Positions 35,424 to 46,165 of a stretch of 58,057 nt of DNA are shown here, piece by piece. Every line of letters starts with the position of its first letter. Within the stretch, counting starts at the first letter, position 1. Origin of the DNA: a virus (taxonomy: Duplodnaviria; Caudoviricetes); the IMG/VR virus record IMGVR_UViG_3300025435_000024, positions 1 to 58,057 of that record; one strand, written 5' to 3'. Below the pieces are notes generated by a model. It did not search any database. It was not told the origin of the DNA and saw only the letters and a program-made list of their open reading frames with translations. Position numbers and translations under genes: made by a program.

Positions 35424-35764
35424 TATACCAGTTTTCCTCTTTGATTATTTTGCAACAGTTGATCTAGTCGCGTAGATATACTAGAAAAATTACTGGTATT
35501 GTCAAGCCTTAAATCACGTAAATCTGATCGCAAGTCTTGAATATCTGCTCGATGATCATCTTTGCTAATGAATTTATTTGGTAGTTCCTGAATACGCACC
35601 TCTATTGCTTTCATGTTGTCCTGCACTTCCTTGATTAATCTGGTGAATGCTTCATTTTCACTCTTAATGAGTGTTTGAATATACTTAATGGCACCACCAA
35701 TACCCCCGATAACGGTAAATAGAGCTAGGACTACGGTTATTATTGTTTGTGGATCAGTGGGCAT
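35423..35764 (-). CDS. holin-like protein
   Basis: One N-terminal TM plus coiled coil, upstream of the lysin. Confidence 0.5.
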   Translation of the reverse strand: MPTDPQTIITVVLALFTVIGGIGGAIKYIQTLIKSENEAFTRLIKEVQDNMKAIEVRIQELPNKFISKDDHRADIQDLRSDLRDLRLDNTSNFSSISTRLDQLLQNNQRGKLV

Positions 35765-37668
35765 TATCTATTTACTCCAAAAGCTTTATTTGTTTGATCT
35801 TCAGCATAATCCGTAAGCGGTGTCGCAGCAGGTTTAGCCCAATTATAGACTTCATCAGACAATGCTGGGATAGCTTTAGGAGTTATTAATGAATTTTGTA
35901 TAGAATCAGATAGTGCATGTCTAGCTGCAAACGATCTAGCAGCAGTTCCTGCTGCAATAGGTACAGCAACTTTTGGATGAGAATATAAAAAAGTTAATGC
36001 GCTGTCTAGTACTAAAGGATTTATTTCATGTTCTGATGCTCCTACTGCTTTACTAGAAGCAATAGCATCTTTAAAGCGTTGGGTTGCTTCAACCATATCC
36101 TTAAGTTTACCAGTGTAGCTTGGATTCAGTCCAGTTTTTTGAGTATAGTTTGTAGCTTTATCTGCTAATTTGCCAATATCCAAGTATCCTGTATTTTCGT
36201 CCAGAATACCTTTTACCGTATTTGCTTGTGCAATTTTAGCTCTTGCATTTTTTATTGTAGCAAGAGAGTCACCAAATCCATATTTAGTTAAATTCTCATC
36301 TAGTAAATTATCATACATATCAGCAGCAGCAGCATATGCTCTACCCATTTCAATATCATTTGCTTTATACGCAGCAGCAGCTTTTTTATTAAGTTCTCTA
36401 GCATTAGAAATAACTTCTTTTGGCGTTAAAATTCGTGATAATGAATCATAAACATCCGACACTAAAGATTGAACTCTTTCAGGAGCTTTAAAATGTGCAC
36501 CAAGTTCAGGAGAGGTTTCAGTTGTAGGCTCTAATATTTTGTTTAATTCTGCTACACTGTTTGATGTTTTATTAATTGGTAATTTATACTGTGACCCTAA
36601 ATTACCAATATTATCAATTAACGCTATGTTTTGCTCTTTTATAGCATTTAAAGCTTCTTGTGTTAATGGAGTGTTTGCATTAATTCCTAATTCTTGTTTA
36701 ATGCCATTTTCTAATGCAGCAGCATTAGCCTCCTGTGCCGCTTTCATTGTGGCACTTTTACCGCCAAATACATTAAGCATCTTGCCCCACAAGCCTTGTG
36801 GAGAATCTTTTAACATTTCAGGAGGAATTACAAATCCCGCGTCTTGTGCAGCTTTTATTGCTTGCTGACCTTGAGTTAATCCTTCTGTTAAAGTACTGGG
36901 CAAAATAGCATTTGCCCCTTTTACTAATCCCGCACCAATAAAAGGTCCAGCAGCATTGGCTAACGTATGAGCAGCAACATTACCATAATCAGGCTGAGCT
37001 GATTCCCAGTCGTTGTTATATGATTTGTCAGCATACTCTCTAACTAATTCTCCTGCACCGCCAGCAGCTCCTGCTACGGCAGCTGTACCTACTAACGGCA
37101 ATGCAGAACCAGCTATAGCTCCGGCAGTGCCAAATAGTCCCGGAATAGCTGATCCTACACCAGATGCTAAATATCTGCTTAAACCGCCCGGTTTACTTAC
37201 ATCTGGAATAATCCGAGCATATTTTTGATTACCCTGTTCATCTAAGTCTCCAGGTGTAGCACGTAAAATGTTTCCTTTTGGATCAATTATAAAATCTTTT
37301 TCATCCTGTCCATATGCTTTAGCATATTTTTTAATCATGCCTCTTGGTTCTGTTGATAATGAAGCATTTGCTACGTCAGATATAGGCGCGGCATGTTCAT
37401 AATCATTATAAATTTCAGATGACGGTTTTCCAGTTGGTTTAGGAATACTGTCTTCATTAGCATAAGGATCAAACGTGTAGGATGATGTATTTGTAGATGA
37501 AGAAGAACTTGCGTAAGGATCAAATTCATATGTTGTATTTGGAATAGCCTTTTTATTCCCACCTGCTGCCCAATCAGTTGTTTGCATAGTACCCATAGGA
37601 GAAGAATCTGCTGTAGCAGATGCAGGAACTATTTTGTTAGCATTTGCTAATTCTTTACTAATATCCAT
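35764..37668 (-). CDS. internal virion/ejection protein
   Basis: 634 aa, Ala/Gly-rich hydrophobic segment, FDPYA repeats; synteny. Confidence 0.55.
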   Translation of the reverse strand: MDISKELANANKIVPASATADSSPMGTMQTTDWAAGGNKKAIPNTTYEFDPYASSSSSTNTSSYTFDPYANEDSIPKPTGKPSSEIYNDYEHAAPISDVANASLSTEPRGMIKKYAKAYGQDEKDFIIDPKGNILRATPGDLDEQGNQKYARIIPDVSKPGGLSRYLASGVGSAIPGLFGTAGAIAGSALPLVGTAAVAGAAGGAGELVREYADKSYNNDWESAQPDYGNVAAHTLANAAGPFIGAGLVKGANAILPSTLTEGLTQGQQAIKAAQDAGFVIPPEMLKDSPQGLWGKMLNVFGGKSATMKAAQEANAAALENGIKQELGINANTPLTQEALNAIKEQNIALIDNIGNLGSQYKLPINKTSNSVAELNKILEPTTETSPELGAHFKAPERVQSLVSDVYDSLSRILTPKEVISNARELNKKAAAAYKANDIEMGRAYAAAADMYDNLLDENLTKYGFGDSLATIKNARAKIAQANTVKGILDENTGYLDIGKLADKATNYTQKTGLNPSYTGKLKDMVEATQRFKDAIASSKAVGASEHEINPLVLDSALTFLYSHPKVAVPIAAGTAARSFAARHALSDSIQNSLITPKAIPALSDEVYNWAKPAATPLTDYAEDQTNKAFGVNR

Positions 37669-37669
37669 A

Positions 37670-39808
37670 TTACTTACCTACTGGTGGCGTTGCTAGGGTA
37701 CTGCCATTCCAGACGCCCCACCTACCATCAGGAGTAACATAAGTTTCTCCAACTTTAGCCTGTCCTTTTGGTGGTAGAGGTACTGCGTTGCTAGGAGCAG
37801 CACCAAACTGTTTAATAAAATCGTCAGATTTTAATGTTGGAGGAGGTCCATCAAACACCGTCGAACTTGAAGGATTATTAGATTTTGGCTGAGTGTCAGA
37901 AGATTTATCTTTTACCTGTACTCCTTTAGGAGTTAAAGAAATGATCTTACCAGTTAAATCTTTATGCTGATCAGTATATGCTTGTTCAAATTGGGCAGCT
38001 TCTTGATGATAAGTATCTAAAGCAGCACGTAAGCCTTCTGGACTCATCGAGTTATTAATAGATTCCCAAGCACGATTCAATTTTTGATTTGTACTAGTGC
38101 CAGAACCAGGCAATGATTCTAACTTGGCATGTTCTTGTTGAATAGCTAATAAGTAATTATTTAATTTAATAACATCAGGATCATTTTTAATATTAGCACT
38201 AATGTAATTTCTTACGTTTGTGGCTGGCGTCCAATTATATAATTTACCTCTTTCTTGCATTTCGTCAAGTTGATTAGTTATAAGTCCAGCAGTATTACCA
38301 ATTTCTTTATTGACAGCGCCGATAACACTTTCTTGCTTACTGATATTATTAAGCGCCCCTTTGTATCCATAGAAGGAGGCTTTATTAGCAGCAATGTCAC
38401 CTTCGGATAAACCATACTGATCTTTTAAATACTGACGTGCGGCTTGATAATTTTTAACATCCATAGGTGTACGTAAGTCATTACGAGCAGGACGTTCCCC
38501 TGTCGTAAATTCGCGTTCAGCCATAGCCATTAACATATCATTGGTAAGATTACCATTTGACAATTGATCTAATCGCCCAGAGTCCAACGCTGCTTTAGCC
38601 AACGCTGCTTTAGTTTGTGCTTGTACTATAGGACTATTATTTTTAATATCGGTCTTAGCTTGTGCTTCGCCTGTGACATTCTGCACCATAGCAGCAGCTT
38701 TTTGATACCAATCTGGATCATTAAAATCTTGAGCTGCTTTAATAGCTGCATTTACTGCATCTTGACCAACTGTATGGTACAATGAGGCTTGTTTTGTAGC
38801 TATATCTTTCAAGAAAGCTTGACGATGCTGAAAATCAATAGGGTCAATTTTTGGCATAGCCACACCTTCTGGTAATGTAGGAGGTGTAAATACCTTACCA
38901 GAAGGATAATTACCCTGCATTACGCTATTAGCTTCATCTGGTGACATACCATATCGTGCAGCAGCGTTAGTTACAATATCACCTTGTGACTTTTGACCAA
39001 ACACAGCACTATGTAATGTGTCAGCAGGTGGACCATATTGAGAACTGTGATACATTGATTTAAAGCCGCCTGTAGGGGCTTCTGGTGTAGCAGGTGGAGG
39101 TGCAGCAGCAGCACCAGCAGCGCCAGTCATACCGCTAGTAGTGGGTGCAACAGCAGCTTGTTGAGCATCATTCTGCTTAGCCGTAACACCATTAGATTGA
39201 CCCGCAATAGGTAAACCACTTTGATCAGGCGTAGCTGGTGCAGAAGGAGGTGTAGGCTGCTCAGAAGTATCATTAGATTGAGCAGGTGCAGGTGTACCTT
39301 GATCTGAAGGTGCTGCATTCTGAGCACTTGAAGTAGACGCAGTAGGTAGAGCTTCAGGAGTAGCAGCAGTACCAGTTTGAGGAGCGTTAGGTGCAGAAGG
39401 TTGATTATCAGTATTAACCCCAGCAGCTGCTTGCTGTGACTTTACATTCTTATTTTGTGTAGTAGCTTGTTTATACAATGTGTTAGCATATGCAAGCATT
39501 TCTGGACCAGCAAGGCCAGAAGTCATAGCTGTATGAGCAGCAGTTACAGCAATAGGGTCTAAAGGATTACCACTAATCTGACGAGCAGTTTGTCTAATTT
39601 GTGCTTCAAGATCATTAGCTTGCTGAGTAGCTTGACGCTTCATACGAATACCTTCGTCAATATTCTTAGCTACTTGATCTTCAACATCCATAGCACGTTT
39701 ACGATTTTCATCATTAATCGTATTAACTTGTTTAAAGAAGCCTGTAGCCAAGCCTACTGCTGGGCTAAAACCACCCATACCCAATCCAGTATTAGCTCCA
39801 GTAGGCAT
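37670..39808 (-). CDS. internal virion/ejection protein
   Basis: 712 aa, rich in Q/A/P, helical; synteny. Confidence 0.55.
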   Translation of the reverse strand: MPTGANTGLGMGGFSPAVGLATGFFKQVNTINDENRKRAMDVEDQVAKNIDEGIRMKRQATQQANDLEAQIRQTARQISGNPLDPIAVTAAHTAMTSGLAGPEMLAYANTLYKQATTQNKNVKSQQAAAGVNTDNQPSAPNAPQTGTAATPEALPTASTSSAQNAAPSDQGTPAPAQSNDTSEQPTPPSAPATPDQSGLPIAGQSNGVTAKQNDAQQAAVAPTTSGMTGAAGAAAAPPPATPEAPTGGFKSMYHSSQYGPPADTLHSAVFGQKSQGDIVTNAAARYGMSPDEANSVMQGNYPSGKVFTPPTLPEGVAMPKIDPIDFQHRQAFLKDIATKQASLYHTVGQDAVNAAIKAAQDFNDPDWYQKAAAMVQNVTGEAQAKTDIKNNSPIVQAQTKAALAKAALDSGRLDQLSNGNLTNDMLMAMAEREFTTGERPARNDLRTPMDVKNYQAARQYLKDQYGLSEGDIAANKASFYGYKGALNNISKQESVIGAVNKEIGNTAGLITNQLDEMQERGKLYNWTPATNVRNYISANIKNDPDVIKLNNYLLAIQQEHAKLESLPGSGTSTNQKLNRAWESINNSMSPEGLRAALDTYHQEAAQFEQAYTDQHKDLTGKIISLTPKGVQVKDKSSDTQPKSNNPSSSTVFDGPPPTLKSDDFIKQFGAAPSNAVPLPPKGQAKVGETYVTPDGRWGVWNGSTLATPPVGK

Positions 39809-39811
39809 TAA

Positions 39812-40297
39812 TTACGCTCCTTGTTTCTTAAAAAATCCAGAAGATGACTTAGGTAGTTCTTTAGCTACTTTTTCACCTTCTTTGGCAGTTTCTTGTGGTG
39901 CTACAGGCTCTTCTTGTAGTTTCTTTTCAACCATAGCATCTAATAAAGGATTAGGTTGTTCTGGCTTAAGCTTGTACTTAACCTTGGCTCGCATAGCCAT
40001 AGCCTCAATCATATAGACTACTGGCTGAATAAGAATAATACCACAATGGTACGTATACAAACCTTCTGAAAATCCAACTTTAACAATAAGTGTAGCTAAC
40101 TCTAAAACAGTTACACCCTCTTCTAGAAAGTATAAAATTTGAGCTACTTTATCAGGTTTAGTAATTTGCTTCCATAGATGATCGGCTGCTTCATGTGGAT
40201 CGGTGTATTGAGGAGGACGCTCCCAAGGAAATGAACCCGGTGGATGTGTTAATGATTCACCCGGAATAGGGGCAGCAAATGTTTTATCAGGTATCAT
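39812..40297 (-). CDS. conserved virion morphogenesis protein
   Basis: F.APIPGESLT..P...PWERPPQY. Confidence 0.55.
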   Translation of the reverse strand: MIPDKTFAAPIPGESLTHPPGSFPWERPPQYTDPHEAADHLWKQITKPDKVAQILYFLEEGVTVLELATLIVKVGFSEGLYTYHCGIILIQPVVYMIEAMAMRAKVKYKLKPEQPNPLLDAMVEKKLQEEPVAPQETAKEGEKVAKELPKSSSGFFKKQGA

Positions 40298-40626
40298 TAA
40301 GCAGCGGCCTTATCTGAAAATTGACTATAGTTATAGGCTTGTTGTGCCCATTTGCTATTAATACCAGTAGGATCATTTGAGTTGTTCATGCCAGCAATAG
40401 GAATCTGAGCAACTTGATCGGATGATTTTACGTTATTGTCATTAGTAGCATTGCCAGACATGCTGGATTGCACTTCTCCACCTAATTCTTGTAGCGCGGC
40501 TTGACCGGGTGTAAAACCACCACTAGAGCTACCTGTGCTGCCACTAGAACTACCTCCACCAAACACTTTGCTGCCTACAGATACAGCAGCACTAATCCCA
40601 CCAATGATAGCACTAATTCCACACAT
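40297..40626 (-). CDS. small internal virion protein
   Basis: MCG start, Gly/Ser-rich; follows the GNAT gene as in T7-like gp13-gp14 order. Confidence 0.5.
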   Translation of the reverse strand: MCGISAIIGGISAAVSVGSKVFGGGSSSGSTGSSSGGFTPGQAALQELGGEVQSSMSGNATNDNNVKSSDQVAQIPIAGMNNSNDPTGINSKWAQQAYNYSQFSDKAAA

Positions 40627-41103
40627 TTATTCCTCCATTAGCAATTTGCTAAATCTACGTTCAATTTCTGTATAACCAAGCTTTTCCCACAATTTACCTA
40701 AATCAGAATGAAGCTTAGTTGTAGTAAAATGTTGTTTAATACCAATTTCTTTTAATCGTCCTTCTACAAATCTAGCCAACTTACGGTATCTGTCTACAAG
40801 AGTTACTGGATTATCACCCGGATCAATGTAGTAAATATCCTGACCTGCTTGACTAATTTGAGTATAATGTAAAGACTCTGGTATTAAAATATTAAAAAAG
40901 TAACCAATCAACTTACCATTATTGCGAACTGTACTTATGTGAAGCCTACCAGACTGCTCCATTATTTTGTATAGTTCTATATTAGGCTGTAGTTCTATTT
41001 TATCATGGTATAGGGCTGATACTTTCCAGTGCTTTTTCCATAATTCCGGCAACTCTGGTAAAATGTCAGAAAACTGCTCAACTTGATAAGTTACATCACT
41101 CAT
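40627..41103 (-). CDS. GNAT-fold acetyltransferase-like protein
   Basis: GKLIGYF, DIYYIDP, LWEKLGYTEIE. Confidence 0.65.
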   Translation of the reverse strand: MSDVTYQVEQFSDILPELPELWKKHWKVSALYHDKIELQPNIELYKIMEQSGRLHISTVRNNGKLIGYFFNILIPESLHYTQISQAGQDIYYIDPGDNPVTLVDRYRKLARFVEGRLKEIGIKQHFTTTKLHSDLGKLWEKLGYTEIERRFSKLLMEE

Positions 41104-41125
41104 AGACGCTCCAAGTAAAGCCTAT

Positions 41126-41154
41126 AGTTTACTGGAAATTCTATGTTTTGGCAA
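41126..41154 (-). promoter_or_regulatory. sigma70-like promoter
   Basis: TTGCCA-17 bp-TAAACT in the intergenic gap. Confidence 0.55.
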
Positions 41155-41161
41155 GAGTTAA

Positions 41162-43291
41162 TTAAAACACTGTACCGTCACTAATCCCCTGTAATGTACC
41201 ATCTAATTTAACTTGACTTGACGGAGATGAAGTATCTCCACCATTTAACCAACCACCAACCGTATTAGCAATAGAACCAGCATTATTCAATACATTACCA
41301 GCAAAAGCACCGATCTGTGCATACATACCATTTTGAGCCTGTAGACCAGCAACAGCCAGTTGACCATTAGTAGCCAATGTAGTCTGAGCTAACTTAAGAC
41401 CACGATCCTTAGCATTTTCAGCAGATGTAAATGCCCAAGTAGCTTCGTCACGAGCTTGTTGTTGTAAGTTCTGATAAGCAGTATTACTAATGCCTAAAGT
41501 ATTCAATGCATTAAGCTGAGTAGCCTGATTAGCCGCCGCAGTATTTGCGGTGTTTACAGACCTATTCCAAGCAGCATTAGACTGTTGAATAGTTAAGTTT
41601 TGACTTGCATTAAACTGATCACGAGCGTTGGCCTGTTGAGCATTAAATGAAGATACTTGAGTAGTCAATTGAGCATTTTGTAATGCTTGTTGAGTTGCAG
41701 ATTGCATAGAACTAACATTAGCTGTAGTAGTCAAACCGGCATTCTGATTTGATGTAGTAGTAGCTAATGTGGCGTTAGTTGTAGATGCCTGAGTACTTAA
41801 CTGGGCGTTTAATGCAGACTGCTTATTGCTTTCAGCAGCATTAAAGATACTTGCTTGCTGCGTTTGAGTAGCATTAAACTGACTCATATTATTGATTTGA
41901 GAAGCATTAAATTGGTTAATTTGAGTAGCTAATTGAGCAACAAATTGATTAACTTGATTGTCAGATGAAGCATTAAATTGTTGAGAAGCATTAATAGCAG
42001 ACTGATTGCTTAACAATGTTTGTACACGAGCCTGTTGATTAGCTAATGCAGTCTGTTGGTAGGTAGCAGCGTCTGTTTGTGCAATAGGTAATGCAGCACT
42101 AATTAAAGCTTGTGTAATAGCTTGTCCAGCCATGCTAGATGCATCCATACCACGAGCAGCCATTAATTGATTAGCTTTAGCTACAGCGCCCGTAGCCCAC
42201 AATGGAGTAGGTTTATTTGGGTCAAAGTTAAGCAGATTAGCCATTTGACCTGCAACTGTTTGCTGGTCGCTAACACCCATCTGTGTAGCATTAGGATCAA
42301 CTAATGCAGCAGAATACTTAGCAGCACCTTGAGCAGCTAGTTTATCTACAGGAGCACTAGATGCAGTCTCTGTATGATCTACAGTAGAAGCTTGAGCAAG
42401 TGTGGTGGTAGCAAATCCAGCTTGTGCAGTACCAGCTTGACCTTGACCAGCTGTTGTAGGTCCAACATTAGCTTGCCCAGCATTAGCATTAGTAGTAGGT
42501 ACAGCAATAGTACCATTTGTATTAATAGCAGTACCAGGAGCATTAGCATTAATATCTTGAGTAGTTACCTGTGCACCAGGTGGCAGATTAGGATTAGTCA
42601 TACGCTGCTGATTATTCATCTGCATAACTTGAGAATTAGTCAGTGCAGCAGGAGTAGTGGTAGTAGTAGCTTCAGTAGCTGGAGTACCCGTAGTGTTAAT
42701 ACCTATATTGGCATTTGCACCACCAGTACCATACCCATTATTACGTTCACCAGCAGCATTAGGATCATTAGATGTGTTTACCCAATTCTGCCAATTTTTA
42801 ACAAATTCTTGTAGATTAGAAGCATCGCCAAACTCATTAGGATGATCTTTAAAAGCTTGAGCAAGATCAGGTCGCTGGGTAGCAACCATATTATCATCCC
42901 ACGCACCCGGTGCTACAGCAGCAGTAGCGCCTGTTGTAGTAGTTGTAGTTGTAGGAATAACAGCTTTAGTTAATCCAGTGTTAGGATCAACTGTAGTTTG
43001 ATATGTGCTTCCAGTAGCAGGATTAGTTGGATTAGTAGGATCAACGCCCGTAATAGTACTATTAGGGCTTAAATTCAAATTAGTATTTGTAGGTAATGCT
43101 GTGGTAGTCTGCGAAGGAGAAGAAGAGCTTAAAGCTGCTTGCGTAGTACCAGCAGAATTAACATTTTGTGCAGTACCCCCTGGTGCTACAGTAGTATTAT
43201 CTACAGTATTTGTGGTATCGTTATCCGCAGACTGTTTATTGCCTTTGCTTGATACAGTGTCAGAATCAGCATTTAAATCTGTGCTCGACAT
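41162..43291 (-). CDS. internal virion protein with 11-residue Q/N/A repeats
   Basis: QFNA recurring at period 11 in the C-terminal third; Thr-rich N-terminus. Confidence 0.6.
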   Translation of the reverse strand: MSSTDLNADSDTVSSKGNKQSADNDTTNTVDNTTVAPGGTAQNVNSAGTTQAALSSSSPSQTTTALPTNTNLNLSPNSTITGVDPTNPTNPATGSTYQTTVDPNTGLTKAVIPTTTTTTTGATAAVAPGAWDDNMVATQRPDLAQAFKDHPNEFGDASNLQEFVKNWQNWVNTSNDPNAAGERNNGYGTGGANANIGINTTGTPATEATTTTTPAALTNSQVMQMNNQQRMTNPNLPPGAQVTTQDINANAPGTAINTNGTIAVPTTNANAGQANVGPTTAGQGQAGTAQAGFATTTLAQASTVDHTETASSAPVDKLAAQGAAKYSAALVDPNATQMGVSDQQTVAGQMANLLNFDPNKPTPLWATGAVAKANQLMAARGMDASSMAGQAITQALISAALPIAQTDAATYQQTALANQQARVQTLLSNQSAINASQQFNASSDNQVNQFVAQLATQINQFNASQINNMSQFNATQTQQASIFNAAESNKQSALNAQLSTQASTTNATLATTTSNQNAGLTTTANVSSMQSATQQALQNAQLTTQVSSFNAQQANARDQFNASQNLTIQQSNAAWNRSVNTANTAAANQATQLNALNTLGISNTAYQNLQQQARDEATWAFTSAENAKDRGLKLAQTTLATNGQLAVAGLQAQNGMYAQIGAFAGNVLNNAGSIANTVGGWLNGGDTSSPSSQVKLDGTLQGISDGTVF

Positions 43292-43301
43292 ATATTATTC
43301 C

Positions 43302-43790
43302 TTAAATCACAAATTGAGATAGCATGACATCTATACCGGGAGCAGATATAGTAGGATTACCACTAATACCTTGCCCATTAGTCAAAGTAATGCCTTGAGT
43401 ACCAATAAAGCTACGAGATACAGACGTTATTCCATCCGGTGAAGCAAAGAAACCAATACCCGGAATAGCAATAAAACCGTTAGCAGTAGCACTAATAGTA
43501 GGATTACCACTGACACCATCAGGGTACGTAATAGATACGTTTGTACCAGCAACAAGCTGACGAGTGGTAAATGTACTTGTGCTTACTGCAACAACAATAC
43601 CAGTAGAACCTAATCCATTAAGAGATAGAGGTTGTAATGCTGCACCACTCCCAACATCACCATTGTGTGTATGTCCTGCAACACTGTCAAATGCTGTTTG
43701 AAGTGCATTAAATTCATTATTTAGTGATGCAGAAGCAATGGTCAATCCAGCAGCAATAGTAGCAGCAGCTTGTCGTGTATATCCTGTCAT
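43302..43790 (-). CDS. short tail fibre/appendage protein
   Basis: GYTRQ...NNEFNAL..AF...GHTH, duplicated GxSGNPTIS. Confidence 0.55.
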   Translation of the reverse strand: MTGYTRQAAATIAAGLTIASASLNNEFNALQTAFDSVAGHTHNGDVGSGAALQPLSLNGLGSTGIVVAVSTSTFTTRQLVAGTNVSITYPDGVSGNPTISATANGFIAIPGIGFFASPDGITSVSRSFIGTQGITLTNGQGISGNPTISAPGIDVMLSQFVI

Positions 43791-45349
43791 TACCTTCTCC
43801 CGTTAATAGCGTATTCAAGATACACAGACTTGACTATGTAAGGTGAACCACCAAGGCTGGAAAACCCAACACTAATTAATTTACCAGAACCAATTCCTTG
43901 TGCTTCTTGAGTACTTATAGGATTACCATCATACACAGCATAAGAGTCATATGTAGATAAAGGATCATCATATTTAAATGTACCTATTAAAGTACCAAAA
44001 TATATAGTAGATGGTTGTAATATATTTGATTGTGATGCATCTAATATTACGTTTGCGTAGATAACAGACACACCTTCAGACTCAAAATATCCTTTAATAC
44101 GGTATATAGTCTTGCGTATAGCAGGATCATTTAATGGATTATGAGCTAACTGAAACTGTGCAGGAATCAATACTGGATTATTAGACACATCAATAAAATT
44201 AGAGCCAGTATCCATCTGATACACATAGCCATCAGTGCTTGAATTATTAGCAAAAACAATTAACTCTTTATCTGAATTTAAGTAGTTGCTATCCGCACAG
44301 TATATATTTAACCCACTTATATCAAACCATTCCCATCCAACGGACCCATCTAATCCTAATCGTATTCCACCAAGAAAACCTTGTGCTGCATTAGTTTGAG
44401 TAGATGCTGTATTGGCAAATACACGATATTGAGCTTTACTACGAATAATGCAACCAGCAAAATTACCAGTAGCTTTATAATTAGTGATAAAATCTATCAA
44501 CTTAGGTTGAATTGTACGAGACAGATTTGATAAATCTACGTCACCAATACGCATAGTACCAGCAACAGTACGTACACCATCAGTAGATAAGAATATTAAA
44601 TCACCACCAATTTCAGCCAATGTTTCATACGCTACACAGCCAATGCTGGATGATATAGGAGTAAGTGTCCAGTCTGTTTGATTGGTGCCTGTAATACAGG
44701 CAATATTATTATCCCCAAACACAAACAGTTGATCACGCCATACTGCCATACCACAAGTAATATTAAAACCAACATTAATACTACCAGCACCATCTAAAGC
44801 ACTGTAGTCTGTCTCTGCTGCCGGAGCACTAAATGTAAGTAAATTACTATTCTTTTTAGCCAAAAACATATGACGTTTAAATGAACAGGCAAAGTCAGCA
44901 GCAGGGCAATTGCTATCTGTAATCTGTGTATATGTACCGTCAGCTTTATATGTAGCTGGTTTATTCACACCATCACAAATAATAATGCTTGGCTGTGAGT
45001 AATTGTATCTATGTGCTTGATATTTAGTTACACTGGAACGAGTATTAGCTCCAGATATATTAGACCATGTAGTACCAGTACCGTAGAATACGTCTACACC
45101 TCGCATAGCTACTACACCATTATTAAACACAAATGTACCTAGTATTTGACCAGAGTTAGGTACAACAGTACTAGAGTATCTAACAGTTCCAGAAATACGT
45201 CTATACCCACCTTTAATACTTGGTTCAAAGTTAGTACCTTGTATTAAAGAACCTGGACGACGAGAACCTTGCTCAATAGGGCCTTCATTTTGAATGGTGC
45301 CACCTTCTAGAGCAATGTTGTCTGTTTTCCATGAATCAGTTGATGGCAT
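43790..45349 (-). CDS. tail tubular protein B (nozzle)
   Basis: 519 aa, beta-propeller-like; NFEPSIKGGYRRI, IGC, EIGGDLIFL..DG.R. Confidence 0.75.
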   Translation of the reverse strand: MPSTDSWKTDNIALEGGTIQNEGPIEQGSRRPGSLIQGTNFEPSIKGGYRRISGTVRYSSTVVPNSGQILGTFVFNNGVVAMRGVDVFYGTGTTWSNISGANTRSSVTKYQAHRYNYSQPSIIICDGVNKPATYKADGTYTQITDSNCPAADFACSFKRHMFLAKKNSNLLTFSAPAAETDYSALDGAGSINVGFNITCGMAVWRDQLFVFGDNNIACITGTNQTDWTLTPISSSIGCVAYETLAEIGGDLIFLSTDGVRTVAGTMRIGDVDLSNLSRTIQPKLIDFITNYKATGNFAGCIIRSKAQYRVFANTASTQTNAAQGFLGGIRLGLDGSVGWEWFDISGLNIYCADSNYLNSDKELIVFANNSSTDGYVYQMDTGSNFIDVSNNPVLIPAQFQLAHNPLNDPAIRKTIYRIKGYFESEGVSVIYANVILDASQSNILQPSTIYFGTLIGTFKYDDPLSTYDSYAVYDGNPISTQEAQGIGSGKLISVGFSSLGGSPYIVKSVYLEYAINGRR

Positions 45350-46080
45350 TACCAGACCCTAGTAGGACCAGTTAAAGGTAGAGGATGACCAATCATAGGA
45401 GATTTCATATAAGGGTCTTGTGGAACAATTTGACGTACTAGTGATTTAGCACCATCTTCCCATTTACCTTGCCAAGCAGAAGCAGCTTGTAGGTTTTCAC
45501 GAAACAACAAAGCATAGTACATAGCACAGTCTACAACTACACCATCAAACTGTGTAGGAAGTATACATACATCACTGTAGTTTACCATATCTGTTGGCAT
45601 CTGCCAAGCTTCATATGAAATAGTATATGCTGTATCTGGAAATGGACTAATTAAACAACCATTACCAGTTAAATCTTGAATAATGTTACGAGGAACTGAC
45701 CATAATGAACTAGCTGCATTAACGTCATTAGCATACTGGTAGTTCATGTATTCATTATAATCTTTATGTGCTAATGCTTTCTGTACAATAGGTGGTGTTG
45801 CAGATGAATTAGCAACTACGTAAAACGTATCCCAATCAGTCGGATTCATTGCACCAGATAAAGAATATTGATTTACACCGGCAGTAGTAGTAAATGTGGT
45901 ACGTAAATGTAAAAAAGGTAAACGGTTATATTTACGTGTAATATCATGCACAGCAGCATTGACAGCTTCTTTTGCATGAGCATAAAAACCTCCTGCACCA
46001 GAGAAGGTAGAGGAGCTTAGTGGCACTTCATTAAGACGTGCTAGAACTTTATTCACAAGTGTAATAAAAGTTGTGGACAA
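45349..46080 (-). CDS. tail tubular protein A (head-tail adaptor)
   Basis: TTG start; LVNKVLARLNE, P.PDTAY. Confidence 0.7.
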   Translation of the reverse strand: MSTTFITLVNKVLARLNEVPLSSSTFSGAGGFYAHAKEAVNAAVHDITRKYNRLPFLHLRTTFTTTAGVNQYSLSGAMNPTDWDTFYVVANSSATPPIVQKALAHKDYNEYMNYQYANDVNAASSLWSVPRNIIQDLTGNGCLISPFPDTAYTISYEAWQMPTDMVNYSDVCILPTQFDGVVVDCAMYYALLFRENLQAASAWQGKWEDGAKSLVRQIVPQDPYMKSPMIGHPLPLTGPTRVW

Positions 46081-46094
46081 TATAAACCCCTAGT

Positions 46095-46136
46095 AAAAAG
46101 GCCGTGACCGGATAATTAGTCCAATCACGGCCTTTT
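46095..46136 (-). terminator. intrinsic terminator after the capsid genes
   Basis: AAAAGGCCGTGA...TCACGGCCTTTT stem with a U-tract. Confidence 0.8.
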
Positions 46137-46165
46137 GTTATACAAACTATACGACTAGCGTATAA

